A stretch of 64,000 bases of DNA, taken from the NCBI GenBank assembly GCA_000002445.1, contig CM000207.1, forward strand, positions 1,792,001 through 1,856,000, written 5' to 3'. This DNA comes from Trypanosoma brucei. Taxonomy: Eukaryota. The first letter of the stretch is position 1, and every line of letters begins with the position of its first letter. This document shows positions 10,554 through 20,449 of this stretch, one piece after another. The notes beneath the pieces are model-generated. The model was not told the DNA's origin, did not search any database, and saw nothing but the letters and a program-made list of their open reading frames with translations. The position numbers and the translations under genes are program-made.

Positions 10554-11411
10554 ATGGGCGCTAGTGAAGCAAAGGGTGAAAATTGGCAGAAAGACTCCGA
10601 TGTTAGTGGGTGCTGTAAATGTAATGTTAGTTTCTCATTAACAACTCGCCGTCATCACTGCAGAAAATGTGGTCTCGTTGTATGCAGCAAATGCTCCAGG
10701 TACAGAATTAACCTATCATCCCACGACTCGGATACACCGAAACGAGTGTGTCGTCACTGTTTTCACACGCTACGCAAGAATGGGGCCGCTGGTTTCGAGA
10801 CTGGTGTTGGCAGTAGTGCAAGTACAGGTGGTTGGGGGCTTGATGGCAGCGTATCACCTACAACAGAAAAAGAAAACACGGCGGATGACACAAACTTTGA
10901 AACTCCCGATGATGAAAAAGCACCAGCTGCTGAGGATTGTGATAGTATCAATTGCTGCTTTGTGGGTGCGGGTTGCGGTGGCTGTTATGGAGAGGGTGCG
11001 GATGCATATTACGACACAGGGACACTGTATTCGGATCCGATAACAGCCCTATTGGATGTGGGAGAGAAAACGGCTCTGCAAACAGAGAAGGAGCGTTTAC
11101 TTCAGCAGTGGACAGAGATTCGGCAAAACGTTGTTTTCGTTGACATTCAGCTACAGGAAGTGGAACGGGTAGGTGAGAATACACCTGTGGGATACTGTCA
11201 GGAAGTCGAGAATATTATGCTCCAGCCAGAGCTACCCGAGCGGCTCCGCACTATGTTCCCGTTTCCGCGTGGAGGAGAAGGAAATATGGAGCTTTTGATG
11301 AAACCACTTGAACCAATCACAGCACTGACATGTAAAAGTCAGAAGGAAGTTAGCGATGCACTCAGGCAAGTGACCGCACAGCTTCAGCTGAGCCGTCTAC
11401 CGAATTATTGA
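10554..11411 (+). CDS. FYVE zinc-finger domain protein
   Basis: 285-aa ORF. Residues about 15-75 contain the FYVE hallmarks W..D, RRHHCRKCG and RVCRHC (CKCNVSFSLTTRRHHCRKCGLVVCSKCS...RVCRHCF). The remainder is acidic and low-complexity. Confidence 0.75.
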   Translation: MGASEAKGENWQKDSDVSGCCKCNVSFSLTTRRHHCRKCGLVVCSKCSRYRINLSSHDSDTPKRVCRHCFHTLRKNGAAGFETGVGSSASTGGWGLDGSVSPTTEKENTADDTNFETPDDEKAPAAEDCDSINCCFVGAGCGGCYGEGADAYYDTGTLYSDPITALLDVGEKTALQTEKERLLQQWTEIRQNVVFVDIQLQEVERVGENTPVGYCQEVENIMLQPELPERLRTMFPFPRGGEGNMELLMKPLEPITALTCKSQKEVSDALRQVTAQLQLSRLPNY

Positions 11412-11912
11412 TGGTCCGATTTGTTTTTGAGGTTGAGGTGAGCCTAATAATCTTCTCTTTCCCCATTCTTTTTGGTCGCAAGCACCACCGGTGCGTGTTA
11501 GTTGTATATTCCTTTTCCACTAATGCATCATCCGCTTGAAAACTTTTTATTGAGATTTATTTTTTTGCTGTTTCCCTTAACTTTGCTGCTGCTTCTTCCT
11601 CTTCTTCCTTTGTCCATAACCTAAATTTTTTTCCAACATAGCAGGTGGTTTACTTTCCCTTCGACCCTTTTTCGTGGTCGCTTTTCCCCTCCCCTCTAGT
11701 AACTATCGTATTTGCCATTTGAGGCTGCAGAGACAAAAGAAAAATCAGAGTAGGGAAAGGTTTCTCTGTTTTTACCCGATTTCGCAGATTGAGCGGCAGG
11801 TGGCCGTCCGTCTGTGTTTGCGTGTGCGGAAGGAGAGAGAGAGAGAGACGCTTCATAAGGGAGAAAGGAAACTGAAGGCTCGCGGCGGCTCTGCGGCGTT
11901 AGTTTCAAAGAC

Positions 11913-13235
11913 ATGATGCGCAGTTCTTCTTTTTGCAGGCGCCAAATACGCCCCTACTACAATCTTCCATCGAAGTCTGAGCATGGCCGAAAGATGACAG
12001 GATTTCTTACTCCGTACCGCCACTGGATGTGGAAGCAGAACGAACTGTGGCGCAATGTGCATGAGGCGCAGTTTGAGCACCTGCGACGTGTGTATAAACG
12101 TCAGTGGCTGGAGTCATTTCGCGTTAATGCAGATGAGTACATCTATAAGTACAACATAACGAAGGCTGCACAGCTGGCTCAGTGGGAGTGCGAGATGAAG
12201 GAGCAGGAAAAAAAACGAATAGAGGCGCGTCAGATGATGGACGGGCGTCAGGCACTGAAGAAGAAACACCTTGATCTGCTTCGTGAGTTCCATGAGCGGC
12301 AGTTCTTCTTTTGGTATGAGCGCGCCAGTGAGCGCCTGCAGAACATGAACCTCATTAATTACGTTCCTCACGCGCAACTTCGGGAGCACATTGACAAAGA
12401 GTTGGACAAGTATGTGGCGGGTAAGAACGAGCCCTATCCGCTAAATTTTGTTGGGCAAATGCCTTTCTTAGAAGATGGTGATGGCAATATCGTAGAGGTA
12501 CCGGAGTCGTTACTGTCGAATCACATGGCAGAGCACCCTGACTCTACTGCAAAACCCCACGAACCGCACACGAGCAGCTCGATTTCGGAAGCTGCTGCTT
12601 TTGAAGAGCGAATGTTACGAGCGATGGTAAGTGCAAAGGAGGAGGATTTGAAAGAATGGTTGGGTGATGACTCCCGAGCGCTCTCCGAGACGATAGATGA
12701 CATTTCAAGAGAGGAGGAAGAGCGTGAGGCGGACATCCGCGTGGCTCGGAGCATGGAAGAGACGGATGCGGAGCGCGAGGTAAGCCGCCGGGCGTACATT
12801 GAGCGAGGTAAAACTGGATCAAGGTCGATCTTCCGACCACCCACTGTTAGTGAAGGCGCTGGAGGCACACCGTCTGCACCTGCAGGAGATGCCAATACTC
12901 CTATGCGGCGGCGGAAGAAGGGGAAACTCGATCGAGTACACGCTTTACAGGCTCATCAGGATGAATTGCTGGCTAAGTTATCCTCTCAAGGGTTAAAGGA
13001 GGGAGTGGATGCCTCATCTGTACCGGAGCGTGGGAAAATCGTGCAAAGTAGAGGAAGGATTCGCGATAAGGCAGTGATTCCGACGCATGAAGTGTTGATG
13101 CAGAAACCTGAGCTTGCTGCGGGTAGCACACCGGGTGCACGCATACAGACGAAGGATATGGTGGACAAAATGTATCATAGGGGTAAATACAAGAAGAGTG
13201 GTAGCGGCGATAAATCTGACGGTGAGGATCTTTAA
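11913..13235 (+). CDS. hypothetical protein, highly charged with coiled-coil character
   Basis: 440-aa ORF opening at ATG 11913 (MMRSS...). Arg-rich N-terminus, then a W/Y-containing helical region (FFFWYERASERLQNMNL) and an acidic C-terminal third. No recognisable catalytic motif. Confidence 0.55.
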   Translation: MMRSSSFCRRQIRPYYNLPSKSEHGRKMTGFLTPYRHWMWKQNELWRNVHEAQFEHLRRVYKRQWLESFRVNADEYIYKYNITKAAQLAQWECEMKEQEKKRIEARQMMDGRQALKKKHLDLLREFHERQFFFWYERASERLQNMNLINYVPHAQLREHIDKELDKYVAGKNEPYPLNFVGQMPFLEDGDGNIVEVPESLLSNHMAEHPDSTAKPHEPHTSSSISEAAAFEERMLRAMVSAKEEDLKEWLGDDSRALSETIDDISREEEEREADIRVARSMEETDAEREVSRRAYIERGKTGSRSIFRPPTVSEGAGGTPSAPAGDANTPMRRRKKGKLDRVHALQAHQDELLAKLSSQGLKEGVDASSVPERGKIVQSRGRIRDKAVIPTHEVLMQKPELAAGSTPGARIQTKDMVDKMYHRGKYKKSGSGDKSDGEDL

Positions 13236-13380
13236 ACACGGGTAGTGCTCAAGTGTCAAAAGTGAGGACGCTGGCGACCGTGTTGTGGTGTTTTACCCTC
13301 TGCACGTGTAAACATTCAAGCGAAGCGATTGTGAAGATGGTTGTCTGTTAGTAATTTCGTTGCGCTTTAGCATTTGTTTA

Positions 13381-13456
13381 TTTCCGTGTTTACTTTTTTT
13401 TTCTTTTTTAAAAACTCTTATCTCTTTTGTTTTATTTTCTCATCCTTCCCCCCTGG
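13381..13456 (+). promoter_or_regulatory. polypyrimidine tract upstream of the 13652 CDS
   Basis: tttccgtgtttacttttttttttctttttt...tctcttttgttttattttctcatccttcccccc, about 200 nt upstream of the ATG. Confidence 0.45.
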
Positions 13457-13651
13457 AACCGACCGATTTACCTGTCGAATAAAGGACCCTAGGCTGCTCC
13501 GTTTTGCGGAGAGGAGAACGTCAATCACAGAAGAGGATACCATAACTAGACGCCAACGCACAGGGATAGTTGAATAAACAAAAAATAGACACGTAGCAGA
13601 AGGCTTTAAAGAGAGGAAGTGACTCCTCGAAATTGCCCCTATAAAGTACCA

Positions 13652-16546
13652 ATGCTGACGAACTCTTCTGCCGTTACGACCTCGGGCGAAGGTGGTATGC
13701 GGAAATATCGGCTAGAGGTCGGTGTCAAACGGCTGACTGACCTCGTGGACATGAGTTCATCAGCTCGTATTGTTTTCTCGGTCCGTCTTCCCCACTTTCC
13801 GGAGATTTATATTCAGCCACAAGTGCGAGGTGGCGGAGCTGCTGTTGAGTTTTCTCCTGCAGGTGATCGCGTTCTTTCTGTAACGTATAATGCTTGTCAT
13901 AGGGCCGAATTTAGCTTGAGCAACAGGGACTGCCGCACCATGTTCCCCACGCAATGTTGCTGCCGTTTGTACGATGAATCACTCTCCGAAGTTGCCATCG
14001 CAAGCTCCTCATTGACGTGGTTGTGCCCCTGTCCACTGGTAGAGCAGCAAGTTGCGAAAGAACTGCGATGTTCAAATTTTGAGATGCGTACGGTGGGTGG
14101 TAAAGTGATGGGTGTTGCAGAGATGACTTGTCGGGTTGTTCCGGTGGAATGCGCTGTCGTTGCACCCGTTTCACCTTCTCCAGTGGCCCCCGTCAATTCC
14201 ACTCCTATCGCTTTAACCGGTTCATCAGATATTATTTCTATCGATGGTAAAGCGTACGTTATTCGTGTTATCATCGACAGCAGGATTTTCAAGCGAAAGG
14301 GGAAAAGGAAGGTTGGAACCACGCACCGCCATCGCTCAAATCGTAAAGAGCCACGTATTGGGGGACAACCCGCCCCCGCGATCGCGGCACCGCCAGCGCG
14401 AGAGGTATTGCGACCGGACGAAGGCGAGGTTTTGCCCCGAGAAGCGCTACGGGAAGTGAAGCAGGAGGGTCAGGACTTACATGCAAGTAGTCACATGCAC
14501 GAAGGAGCAATGGAAGGGGTTCAGAAGGGTACCTTCCTTTACTTTCTGAAGTACGATGTGGCATACCAGATTCAGTCAAATTGCATGATGTTTTATACTA
14601 CCTTGAAGCGCGAGTTCGCTACCTTAGATGAGTTCACCATAGACGACAAGGCAAGAAATGACGCCGATAGAATTGAACGCCTTGCTCAGAATGTACTGAG
14701 GTTGTCAAACATCGTACTTCAACTTGCGACCCAGTTCGTTACTTCAGCAGGATTCAGCAAAGCCGAAATAACTGTGAGAGAAAACTGTGGTACTTCCGTA
14801 GAGAAGCTTCCTCCATCCAAAAAGGGAAGCGTTGCCGACTTTATTGTTAACAAAGTATTGTATCAGTTGCAAACTGTAGGGGCAAATCTTTATCATATAG
14901 CCCTGGCGTATCCTAAACCGTTGGTGGTTTCGCTTTCTTCATTGACCCCTCAACATACAAAATTCATGAAGGACCTGGCTATGGACATCAAATCGCTAAC
15001 AAAACGGGTTAATATAATGGTGCAGTCGACTGTGAATGGAAACTTTGGTGTGAGGGGTGCATTCTCGAAAGTGGCTTCCACAACGACCAGGAGGTCTTCA
15101 AGAAGCTCAGGCGACGGTATCCCTGGCGGAAGGGAGCGGATAAAAGCAAATGAAGATGTCACACAGGGCCAGATAATCAATGAAAGTACCGCACCCAGAA
15201 GGAAACCTGGTATCGTTGCCACTGGGGAAGAAAAGGGGAGCGCGAATCCCCCTGAGGTAGAAACTAGTGGTGGTGCCAAAAAGAAAAAGGCCGATAGCAG
15301 TAACGACAGCAGTAGTACATTGAGCACTAGCCGAAGTCGCAGCGTTAGTACTGCTACTGCTAGTAGTAGTAGCCTCAGTGACTCAGGCAGCAGTGATCAG
15401 AGCATCGGTAGTTCCAGTAAGAGCAGCACTTCGTATACAGATTCGTTCACTACTACCCAATCAACTGGTGGTGGGAGCTCGACTGTGGAGAGCATTCCTT
15501 CAACGCGATCAAGTAAAAGGTTTCAGCCGACTGTCATTTATACTCCGGTTGTGCCAAACGTCACATTGCAGCCTCAATCTTGCGGCGAAAAACCGGCTGC
15601 TGTCGCTCCTGGAGGGGTCCCCGTATCACTGCAGTCGATTCCGCTGGCGTTATCTGTGCCACCCTTCTCGTCTACTGTTGGCGTGCCCCAACCAGCTGTA
15701 GCTGTAAGCTCTGGAAACCCTTTGCCAACGTCCACCGCGTCTGCCACCACGACAACCACCACAACGTCGGCAACAACAACAACTAGCACAACCAGTGTCA
15801 CCGCAACTCAGTCACCAAGCCAGAGTGCAACGAGCATCCCTGCAGTGGCCCCAGTGGCTCTCGGCGCACCGCACACCAGTGGAGTCGCGACCACAGGTGG
15901 ACTTGCGTTGAGCACAGCAGCGCCATCTGTGCCCATTCCTGTCGCCCCTGCTACTGTATTATCTGCCGGCACGTCAACAATGGCGGCAGCACTATCAGCA
16001 AATCATTCCGGCACCAGTGCTGCTGCAGCGTTGCCGGTGCCTCTGATAAGTCAGTTACCTATTGGGGTGTCTGCGTCGACTGAATCTGTTATGAACGTTG
16101 CCGCCTCGTCAATGAATTCGAGTATACCACTACCCACCCCTGTGGTACCTGTCATCAGGTCCCCTACAACGCCAACGGTTCAATTTCCTCCGTCACCAGG
16201 TTACAGTGCGAGGGGCGTCCCCACAGCGGTACCGGCACCACAAGCTGCTGATGCAAACGCCTCTTTGGCCGGGCCAAATTTGAGTTTTTCGATTCTACCC
16301 GTGCCCGTACCGAAGTCGCCTACTGCAATGCCGCAGCCACCGGCCCTGAGTTCAGCACATTTGGCTTCGCCGCCGCCGCTGCCGCCATCAGCCCGAGTGA
16401 GTGCAAGTGCTTCGCTGTCGTTATCCACACCCGGCAAAGGGGACAGTGTGTTTACGCCCTTACCGCTACCTTCGCTTCCGTCGGCGTCGCCGGTGTCGCC
16501 CAGTAGTACACCTGAAGGTGTACGGGGCGGTGCTCTCGTGGTGTAA
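13652..16546 (+). CDS. hypothetical protein with an extensive Ser/Thr/Ala/Pro/Val low-complexity C-terminal region
   Basis: The track ORF starts at a GTG at 13619; the first ATG in frame is 13652. A structured N-terminal about 450 aa is followed by about 500 aa of S/T/A/P/V-rich sequence, including poly-Thr (SATTTTTTTSATTTTSTTS). There is no obvious signal peptide. Confidence 0.6.
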   Translation: MLTNSSAVTTSGEGGMRKYRLEVGVKRLTDLVDMSSSARIVFSVRLPHFPEIYIQPQVRGGGAAVEFSPAGDRVLSVTYNACHRAEFSLSNRDCRTMFPTQCCCRLYDESLSEVAIASSSLTWLCPCPLVEQQVAKELRCSNFEMRTVGGKVMGVAEMTCRVVPVECAVVAPVSPSPVAPVNSTPIALTGSSDIISIDGKAYVIRVIIDSRIFKRKGKRKVGTTHRHRSNRKEPRIGGQPAPAIAAPPAREVLRPDEGEVLPREALREVKQEGQDLHASSHMHEGAMEGVQKGTFLYFLKYDVAYQIQSNCMMFYTTLKREFATLDEFTIDDKARNDADRIERLAQNVLRLSNIVLQLATQFVTSAGFSKAEITVRENCGTSVEKLPPSKKGSVADFIVNKVLYQLQTVGANLYHIALAYPKPLVVSLSSLTPQHTKFMKDLAMDIKSLTKRVNIMVQSTVNGNFGVRGAFSKVASTTTRRSSRSSGDGIPGGRERIKANEDVTQGQIINESTAPRRKPGIVATGEEKGSANPPEVETSGGAKKKKADSSNDSSSTLSTSRSRSVSTATASSSSLSDSGSSDQSIGSSSKSSTSYTDSFTTTQSTGGGSSTVESIPSTRSSKRFQPTVIYTPVVPNVTLQPQSCGEKPAAVAPGGVPVSLQSIPLALSVPPFSSTVGVPQPAVAVSSGNPLPTSTASATTTTTTTSATTTTSTTSVTATQSPSQSATSIPAVAPVALGAPHTSGVATTGGLALSTAAPSVPIPVAPATVLSAGTSTMAAALSANHSGTSAAAALPVPLISQLPIGVSASTESVMNVAASSMNSSIPLPTPVVPVIRSPTTPTVQFPPSPGYSARGVPTAVPAPQAADANASLAGPNLSFSILPVPVPKSPTAMPQPPALSSAHLASPPPLPPSARVSASASLSLSTPGKGDSVFTPLPLPSLPSASPVSPSSTPEGVRGGALVV

Positions 16547-17092
16547 AATTGGGGACATATGCATAGTTGTGCGTACCAGTTTTTGCTGGACACTTCTCCC
16601 CTACTACTTGGTGTTTATTGGGTGATATTATTATGAGGATGTCGCCGTGAGGGTGTCGTTATTGTTAGCTATAGATCGATTGTTACAAAAAAAAACATTT
16701 TCCTTTTTATTCTAATAGCTCTATTTTAGAGCGATAAATGCGTGCGGGCCGAAAGATTCACGTTTTCTTCCATGCAGGGTCTTCTCCGTGGCGCACTTCA
16801 TTTGCAACAATGCTTATTCCCCTTGTCGTATATCTGTCGCCGTACGCGATTGTGTGGGCATGCCGTATATGTACAGATGAGTTTGTGTTCCCTCCTGGTT
16901 GTGGCGATGCTTTATCACCAAAGAAAAAAAAAGAGGGAACGATCAAAGCTAAAATTATTTCTTTTTACTACTTTTAAATAAATCTTTTACCTTTTCTTGC
17001 ATTGTGCCGCAACAATTTTGGTAATACAGACGTTTTTAGGCGTGTGTGTGTCGGTGTGCGTTGGGCGAGGCCTTGAGAGGAGAGGACAGCAC

Positions 17093-18745
17093 ATGTCGAA
17101 ATCGCTGCAGCGCGCTTTGGTATTCTCTGGCCAGGGGGCCCATCGTCGGGGAATGGCGACGGAATATCTACGCATTCCGGCAGTGGCTTGCCTGTGGGAG
17201 CGAATGAAGGGAAGTATGGAACAGAAATATGGCATCTCACTGCAAGACATTATAACGGAAAATCCTACTAGGTTGTACGTTTACAATGATGCATATGATG
17301 TGGCTGCCATATGTGAACGCAGTTGTCAGGATGGCGGAAGTGTGGTAGAATCGACTCCCAGGCAAAAATTGATTTCTCATCCTCAAGGGGTGTTGTCTTT
17401 AACTTCTTTGACGCAGCCGTGTATGCTAGCAGCGCACATGGTGTCACTGGAGTACCTCAAAGAAACCCGAGGTTACTCGGTGGAATCCTCCGAGGTTATA
17501 GCTGGTCACAGTTTAGGCGAGTTCTCCGCTCTTTGCGCCCTTGGATTGCTTTCGCCCGAGGTTGCCGTTGATCTTGTTTATAGACGCGGGGCCCTGATGG
17601 AGGATGCTGTAAAGCACAGTTCCCAAAGTAATGAGGGTCATCTTATGTTTGCCTGTAACCCACAACGGGCAAAACTATGCGTCGAAGATCCCGATCTTGC
17701 AGTCGATCAGCTTCACATATTTGTAGAGTTGATAGCTCGCAATCTCTCTACGACGGCATCGTTTATCGAAGTAGTAAACTATAACATCAGTTACGAGCAG
17801 TACGTTGTTGTCGGTGATCCAATAGCGTTGTCGGCACTTGGCAAATGCCTTGATCCACAATTCCGTGCCACTAGTTGCGGGTCGTCAGCTACCCTCGATA
17901 ATATCGTCCGGACAGCTGTGTCTTCAGTCCTGCAAGACAAGCAAGAGGGGATAACTATGAACCCAAACACTGGTCCGGCACCAGATTTCGTGACTTCCTG
18001 TGCCCGAAAGTACGGTATTAGGTCAACGTTTCGACGCTTTCTGAGGGGTCCGGACGACGGCTATACCCCATCGTTAGAGGAACTTACACACCTAACGCTT
18101 CAGGAGGATGGGAGAAGCGGCCTTAAGAAGAAGTCCTGGTTTATTCCTCTGCCGCTGAGCATTCCTTTTCATAGTAGTCGGCTTCGCAGGGCAATGGATC
18201 TCTTCCTTCCCGTAGTTCGCGATGCATTACCCGACGAAGAGACAATGCGTTCTTTTTTTTGCATCCCACAGTGTGGTGGTAGTGATGAGGGACCGTCTTC
18301 GCGATGTGCCTCAGAGCCGAAGAAACCCGTTTGGCTAACTAACTTAACTGGCACGGCGTTTCGCCCCTTTGATGTCGACTTTCAGCGAGACGCACTGGAC
18401 GCAATGCAGTCGATGAATGTTGGGGAGATCAGGCACAATGGACGGTACCACACTAATTTGGTCGAGTTAGCTTTTAAAAACGGCATGGACACTAGTAGTG
18501 TGCGTGACATGTGTGCGGCCGTGCTAGCAGCGCAGCTAGCCCATCCGGTGCAATGGATTGATGTGATGGATTCTGCTGTTTTTCAGCATGGTGTGCGCGA
18601 GGCCCATGAAATATCACCGGTAAGGACTGTTGCGGATATGTTCAAACGTACGGTTTTTCGAGGGAGGACATCAGACGCCTCGGTCGGAGAGGCGGCGTTG
18701 GATATAGTAACGCGCTGCCTGCCATCCGAGGAACGTTTCTTGTAG
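17093..18745 (+). CDS. malonyl-CoA:ACP transacylase (FabD)-like acyltransferase with a roughly 250-aa C-terminal extension
   Basis: The track ORF starts at a TTG at 16997; the first ATG is 17093 (MSKSLQRALVFSGQGAH...). It has the FabD N-terminal motif in variant form (FSGQGAHRRGM instead of GQGSQ) and the canonical nucleophile elbow IAGHSLGEFSALCALGLLS, followed by VDLVYRRGALMEDAV. About 250 residues beyond a typical about 300-aa FabD have no assignable domain. Confidence 0.8.
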   Translation: MSKSLQRALVFSGQGAHRRGMATEYLRIPAVACLWERMKGSMEQKYGISLQDIITENPTRLYVYNDAYDVAAICERSCQDGGSVVESTPRQKLISHPQGVLSLTSLTQPCMLAAHMVSLEYLKETRGYSVESSEVIAGHSLGEFSALCALGLLSPEVAVDLVYRRGALMEDAVKHSSQSNEGHLMFACNPQRAKLCVEDPDLAVDQLHIFVELIARNLSTTASFIEVVNYNISYEQYVVVGDPIALSALGKCLDPQFRATSCGSSATLDNIVRTAVSSVLQDKQEGITMNPNTGPAPDFVTSCARKYGIRSTFRRFLRGPDDGYTPSLEELTHLTLQEDGRSGLKKKSWFIPLPLSIPFHSSRLRRAMDLFLPVVRDALPDEETMRSFFCIPQCGGSDEGPSSRCASEPKKPVWLTNLTGTAFRPFDVDFQRDALDAMQSMNVGEIRHNGRYHTNLVELAFKNGMDTSSVRDMCAAVLAAQLAHPVQWIDVMDSAVFQHGVREAHEISPVRTVADMFKRTVFRGRTSDASVGEAALDIVTRCLPSEERFL

Positions 18746-19087
18746 GTGGTGATTTTAATCAGAGTTTTCGCGATGGGTGGTACATTGGTTTCGTAGCCGT
18801 TGTTCGGTTATTGTTTCTTTTTGTTTACATCAGTCACCAACACAGTTGTATGAATGTAGCGTGTTAGTGACTACTTCCTCCTTCGTGTTCGAAGGTGTGG
18901 TGAGCTTTGTGCTTTTTCCCGTCTCCATCCTAACCTCTACCTGTCTGTGCATATACTTGTATTTTTTTTCCACTCAAATTCCTGATAAATAGTGCAGGTC
19001 TGTTTAGTTACCGTGGACATCTAACGCTTTACTGTCTCGTAGACGCGGCAGCTCGGGAAAACACTGCATCGGAACGTGACATAGTGA

Positions 19088-20449
19088 ATGTTTAGGGTAT
19101 ACACTCGTCGACTGAGTAGCTTGGGGCCGTTCTGTGGGTCGAGGAAATGTCTGCTATGGTGGGGCTATAAAGAAGGAGACCTTCATAGGATTGCGCGTCA
19201 GAGGCCATGGTGGGAAAATGCGGCTATTTTTGCCGGGCTTCTTTGCTTTATTCAGGCATCCAGCATGTGTTATTACTTCGGCAACCGCTGGTATCAGGCG
19301 ATTCGGCCCTCAGGCAACGATTTGTATATTAACAGAGCCATGGATACAAAAGTGTTTTCGAGGCCCGATCTGTCCGTAGCGGCCGTGCGGATGGTAATTC
19401 ATCACGCCCTTTCAGGCGCTCAAACCCCGTTTGGAGTTCCCATGGTATATCCCGAGTATATGAAGCCTGAGGCAGAGGAGTTAATGGAGTTTATACTGCA
19501 GCTAAACCATGAACAGCCAATGTTTTCTATCCCCGATCTTTGGGCGCTGTTTTCGGCAAAAGCACTTGCCCGTTTGGGGGGGCCGAGTATTTCAGTTCAT
19601 CGAGGGAGATCAGACCCACCCAACGATGTACCCGCTGACCAGTTGTTGATTTCCACTCCCTCTCTTGTACCGGAGTCTAAGCGAGACGTGCTTAACATGA
19701 AGCGGCTGCTTTCTCGTCAAGGGTTCGCAGTTGATGAAATTGTCGCCATGTTGGGTGGAATCCGTAATATTGGCTTTCACGAAAGTTCGGGGTTTCATAC
19801 TACTGAGGAGGTGAAGCCCCAGATGCGCCGTCGACCGGGTGTCATGGGGCCAGAGGAAGATGTGTATCACATACCAGATACTCCGCAGAAGTGCACATTA
19901 GATCCATACGTGTTTGGAAGTGAGTATTTTGATCTCCTTCTAGATTACAACTGGAAACAGAATACTTCCCTTTTTCGCCGTAGTGGTCCTTTCCACTGCA
20001 GTGAGAACGATCGCAAGCGTGAAGTCCTGTTGTTGGATCCATTTTCAGAGCAGGCCATGGAACGTGAGCGTAAACGCCTTCAAGCCGAAGAGCGGGCTCG
20101 TGAGTCCGTGGAGCGAGCGGCACTGAAGAGACATCCCAGTTTTGATGAAACGACATCCATCACTGGGGGGCGCGACGGTGAGGCACAGCCCATAAGCGGC
20201 GTGATGAGTGAACTCAATGAAGATGAAGGGATCAACGTCAAGTCACTGGTTGAGGTACCCGAGTTTAAGAGCCCCTGCTCAAGCGTGTCAATGAGGGAGG
20301 TTGATGTACTATTATTGGACGACGCCCTGCTAACGGGTTGGATGCATCGATTCAGCGCTAACGAAATATTATTTTACGATGTATTCGGCACCGTTATGGA
20401 AAAAATTCAATGTCGCGGATACAACCTGAACTCGCTATATCTGCCTTAG
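19088..20449 (+). CDS. class-I heme peroxidase (ascorbate/cytochrome-c peroxidase)-like protein, probably a pseudo-peroxidase with a C-terminal extension
   Basis: 453-aa ORF. [11 protein letters not shown] aligns with the distal-pocket [45 protein letters not shown] aligns strongly with APX [57 protein letters not shown] aligns with the proximal region [22 protein letters not shown], but the proximal His is replaced by Ile/Arg. Confidence 0.7.
   Translation: [453 protein letters not shown]

Noticed and set aside
16997-17092. ORF-track start coordinates at TTG or GTG codons (4994, 13619, 16997, 25759, 34667, 37505, 49692, 51446 and 53941).
   Set aside because: The track evidently uses a bacterial start-codon set. 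For a eukaryotic nuclear gene I moved each start to the first in-frame ATG. The 16997-17092 extension of the FabD-like ORF is therefore not called as coding, although it is noted in the findings.
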